Notes under the pieces: generated by a model
The model's database searches: none
The model's input: only the letters and a program-made list of their open reading frames with translations
Told to the model about the DNA's origin: nothing
Made by a program: the position numbers and the translations under genes
Source of the DNA: an uncultured Gemmatimonadaceae bacterium
Lineage (GTDB): Bacteria > Gemmatimonadota > Gemmatimonadetes > Gemmatimonadales > Gemmatimonadaceae
Length of the DNA: 64,000 nucleotides
Assembly: GCA_963822945.1 (NCBI GenBank)
Contig: CAWGJO010000020.1
Span: forward strand, 640,001 to 704,000
Direction of reading: 5' to 3'
Shown here: piece after piece, positions 59,639 to 64,000 of the stretch
Layout of the letters: every line of letters begins with the position of its first letter
Position numbering within the stretch: the stretch's first letter is position 1

Positions 59639-59665
59639 GACGCCCCACGATCACGGTGGGGCGTC
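59639..59665 (-). terminator. Terminator after tRNA-Cys
   Basis: gacgccccac...gtggggcgtc followed by GTTCCTTT on the minus strand. Confidence 0.65.
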
Positions 59666-59704
59666 GGTATCGGCAGGGGGACTCTCGTGCGGTGTACGAA
59701 TGAG

Positions 59705-59776
59705 AGGCGCGGGCGGGAATCGAACCCGCGTATAGCGGTTTTGCAGACCGCCGCCTTACCACTTGGCTACCGCGCC
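59705..59776 (-). tRNA. tRNA-Cys (GCA), CCA not encoded
   Basis: GGCGCGG/CCGCGCC acceptor, U discriminator, AAGTGGTAA D-loop, CTGCAAA anticodon loop, GGTTCGATTCC T-arm. Confidence 0.97.
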
Positions 59777-59900
59777 ACAGGCAGTGCAACTTAGCGGCCA
59801 GCCCACACCCCCTCAAGCACGATCCGCCGCCCGGGCGCCCGGAATCGGCACGCCGGATTCCTGTCGTTGCACATCGGCTTCCGTTAATCTCCGCCCGGCC

Positions 59901-61181
59901 ATGCCCGCATTCACCCCACCGCCCGACCCACTGCCCCCGCCCCTGCGGCCACCCTCCCACGATCCGTACGCATCCCTCCGCGTACCCAACTTCCGGTGGT
60001 TCGTCGTGAGCGTGTTCACGATGACCATGGCCACGCAGATCCAGGGCATCGTCGTCGGCTGGCAGATCTACGCGATCACGCATGACCCGCTCTCCCTCGG
60101 CCTCATCGGGCTCGCCGAGGCGCTTCCCTTCCTGAGCATCTCACTACCCGCCGGCCATACGGCCGACCGGCTCAATCGACGCACCATCACGCTCCTCTCG
60201 CTGGCTGCCATGCTCGCCTGCTCGGCGAGCTTCGTCGTCTTCAGCCTCAACCCGTGGATTCTCGCGCTTCCCGGCGCCTGGCCCTTCTATGCCGTGATCT
60301 TCGTCAGCGGCATCGCCCGGGCCTTCCTCAACCCGGCCCGGGCGGCGTTGCTCGCCGAGATCATTCCGCGCTCCTCGTACGCCAACGCCGCCGCTTGGCG
60401 GAGTTCATCCTGGCAGACCGCATCGGTCGCCGGTCCCGCCATCGGCGGGCTGCTCTACGGCTTCTCCACGGCGACCGTGGCGTACGAGGCCGACACGATC
60501 TGCATGCTCGTGGCGTTCATCTGCTTCGCGGCCATTCGCTACACGCCGTCCGTTCCCGGCGCCAACCGTGAACCGCTGGCCCGGAGTCTCCGGACGGGAA
60601 TTCGATTCGTCTTTCGCACGCCCGTCATTCTCGGGGCGCTCACCCTCGACCTGTTCTCCGTCCTCCTCGGGGGCGCCGAAGCGCTGCTGCCCGTGTTCGC
60701 GTCGGACATTCTCCACGTCGGACCGGAAGGCCTGGGTATTCTCCGCGCCGCCCCGGCAGTTGGCGCCGTCCTCATGTCCGTCTACCTGGCGCACCGGCGT
60801 CCCATGGAACGCGCCGGGCGCGCCATGCTGTTCGCGGTGGCGACCTTTGCCATCGCCATCGTGGGATTCGGGCTGTCCCGGAGCGCAGTGCTGTCGTTCG
60901 CCCTGCTCGCCGTGAGCGGCATGGCGGACAACGTGAGCGTCGTCGTGCGGTCCACCCTGATCCAATTGATGTCTCCGCCGGAAATGCTCGGTCGGATATC
61001 CGCCGTGAATGCGATCTTCGTCGGATCATCCAATGAACTCGGTGCCTTCGAATCCGGCGTCACCGCTCGTCTGCTCGGCACCGTAACGGCCGTCATCTTG
61101 GGAGGGTTGGCTTCATTGGGAGTGGTGGGAATCGTCTCGAAGACGGTGCCACAGCTTCGAGACCTGAAGCGACTGGAATAG
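59901..61181 (+). CDS. MFS transporter (EntS/DHA3-like)
   Basis: GWQIYAITHDPLSLGLIGLAE, GHTADRLNRR, LDLFSVLLGGA, GSSNELGAFESG. Confidence 0.92.
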   Translation: MPAFTPPPDPLPPPLRPPSHDPYASLRVPNFRWFVVSVFTMTMATQIQGIVVGWQIYAITHDPLSLGLIGLAEALPFLSISLPAGHTADRLNRRTITLLSLAAMLACSASFVVFSLNPWILALPGAWPFYAVIFVSGIARAFLNPARAALLAEIIPRSSYANAAAWRSSSWQTASVAGPAIGGLLYGFSTATVAYEADTICMLVAFICFAAIRYTPSVPGANREPLARSLRTGIRFVFRTPVILGALTLDLFSVLLGGAEALLPVFASDILHVGPEGLGILRAAPAVGAVLMSVYLAHRRPMERAGRAMLFAVATFAIAIVGFGLSRSAVLSFALLAVSGMADNVSVVVRSTLIQLMSPPEMLGRISAVNAIFVGSSNELGAFESGVTARLLGTVTAVILGGLASLGVVGIVSKTVPQLRDLKRLE

Positions 61182-61292
61182 CCCTCGACCAGCCGGGATC
61201 GGAATTGTGCGAAGATCCAACAGACAGCGTGCCTGATTGTCTTTATATGGTCAAATGCCTATTATGGCTTTCACTTCCAAAGCATAAATGGC

Positions 61293-61760
61293 ATGGACGC
61301 ACTTGATTACAAGGCACTGTCCAGGCTTCAGCAGTTCGGCCGCGACAGTTGGAAACACCTCGGGGAGATTCTCGGAATCACCGCCCAGGCTGCCGCAGAC
61401 CGAATTCGCCGGCTCGAGGAGCAGGGCGTCGTGCACGGCTACGCGGCCCTGGTCGACCCGGACTCGGTAGGCCTGCACGTCGCGGCCTTCGTGGCGGTAA
61501 GCCTGGAGCGCCCGAAGCACCGGGAACCCTTCCTGGAACACGTGTCCTCACTCTCCGAAGTCCAAGAGTGCCATCACGTTTCAGGCGACGATGACTACCT
61601 ATTGAAGGTCCGTTGCCGGGGCACATCCGACCTGGAGAGGCTGGTCGACGACGAGATCAGGGCGATCCCCGGGGTGGTCAGGACACGCACCACGATCGTG
61701 CTGCGAAGCACCAAGGAGACCGTAGCCCTGCCGTTGGTCACTGGGCCGGTTCAGGGATAG
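61293..61760 (+). CDS. Lrp/AsnC-family regulator
   Basis: MDALDYKAL...RIRRLEEQGVV.GY...ECHHVSGDDDYLLKV. Confidence 0.95.
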   Translation: MDALDYKALSRLQQFGRDSWKHLGEILGITAQAAADRIRRLEEQGVVHGYAALVDPDSVGLHVAAFVAVSLERPKHREPFLEHVSSLSEVQECHHVSGDDDYLLKVRCRGTSDLERLVDDEIRAIPGVVRTRTTIVLRSTKETVALPLVTGPVQG

Positions 61761-61934
61761 TGGCCATGGATCGAAGGAAGATGCGTGAACATCAATTCGT
61801 GCACCTATTGCACAACCAATAGTGCAATTGGTACATTCTGCGGTCAGAATTGGCGATCACGCCGCCAATATTCTGCAAAATCTGCACAATTCGCGAAACA
61901 CCAATCAACCTCAGGATTTCCGAGCCGCCCGTCC

Positions 61935-64000
<2,066 letters not shown>

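Noticed and set aside
59600..59800. tRNA-Cys as an island integration site
   Set aside because: No integrase, no duplicated tRNA 3' end noticed, and no compositional shift
61828..61870. Sigma54 promoter for GS III
   Set aside because: TGGTAC...GC has the wrong spacing; TGGCGA-N-CCGC has correct spacing but a poor -12 match

Overview
A 64 kb, high-GC, gene-dense bacterial chromosomal segment. Gene content (PadR plus duplicated permease, VPS10/BNR protein with RGG tails, HEAT-repeat lipoprotein-like genes, GS type III) suggests Gemmatimonadota or a relative; this is inference. No CRISPR array, transposase, integrase or rRNA is visible; there is one tRNA-Cys. From left to right: a type IV minor-pilin locus (fimT/pilV/pilW/pilX-like plus a second pilX paralog) with an oppositely oriented AraC / ZU5-like lipoprotein / TPR cassette in between; a module of two Rieske and two His-bearing membrane proteins; pntA1-pntA2-pntB with a divergent orphan PntB membrane-domain gene and a structured leader; ada, DUF72, deoC with an ALDH16-like enzyme; a His-less NarX-type sensor with a NarL-type regulator opposite a PAS kinase; M13 peptidase, GH20, sahR-like plus ahcY; an ECF sigma/anti-sigma/HEAT operon; an SPFH-DUF4178 operon; VPS10 plus a di-heme cytochrome c; PadR/permease; tRNA-Cys, MFS, Lrp, and a partial glutamine synthetase III. 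Three genes are broken: two by single-G shortfalls (possibly sequencing errors) and one by an apparent internal deletion. The best candidate for an undescribed system is the lipoprotein ending HF|SSYAIAL (ZU5/GAIN-like autoproteolysis motif) co-encoded with a TPR protein and an AraC regulator inside the pilin locus. All calls come from motif reading only; no database searches were run.
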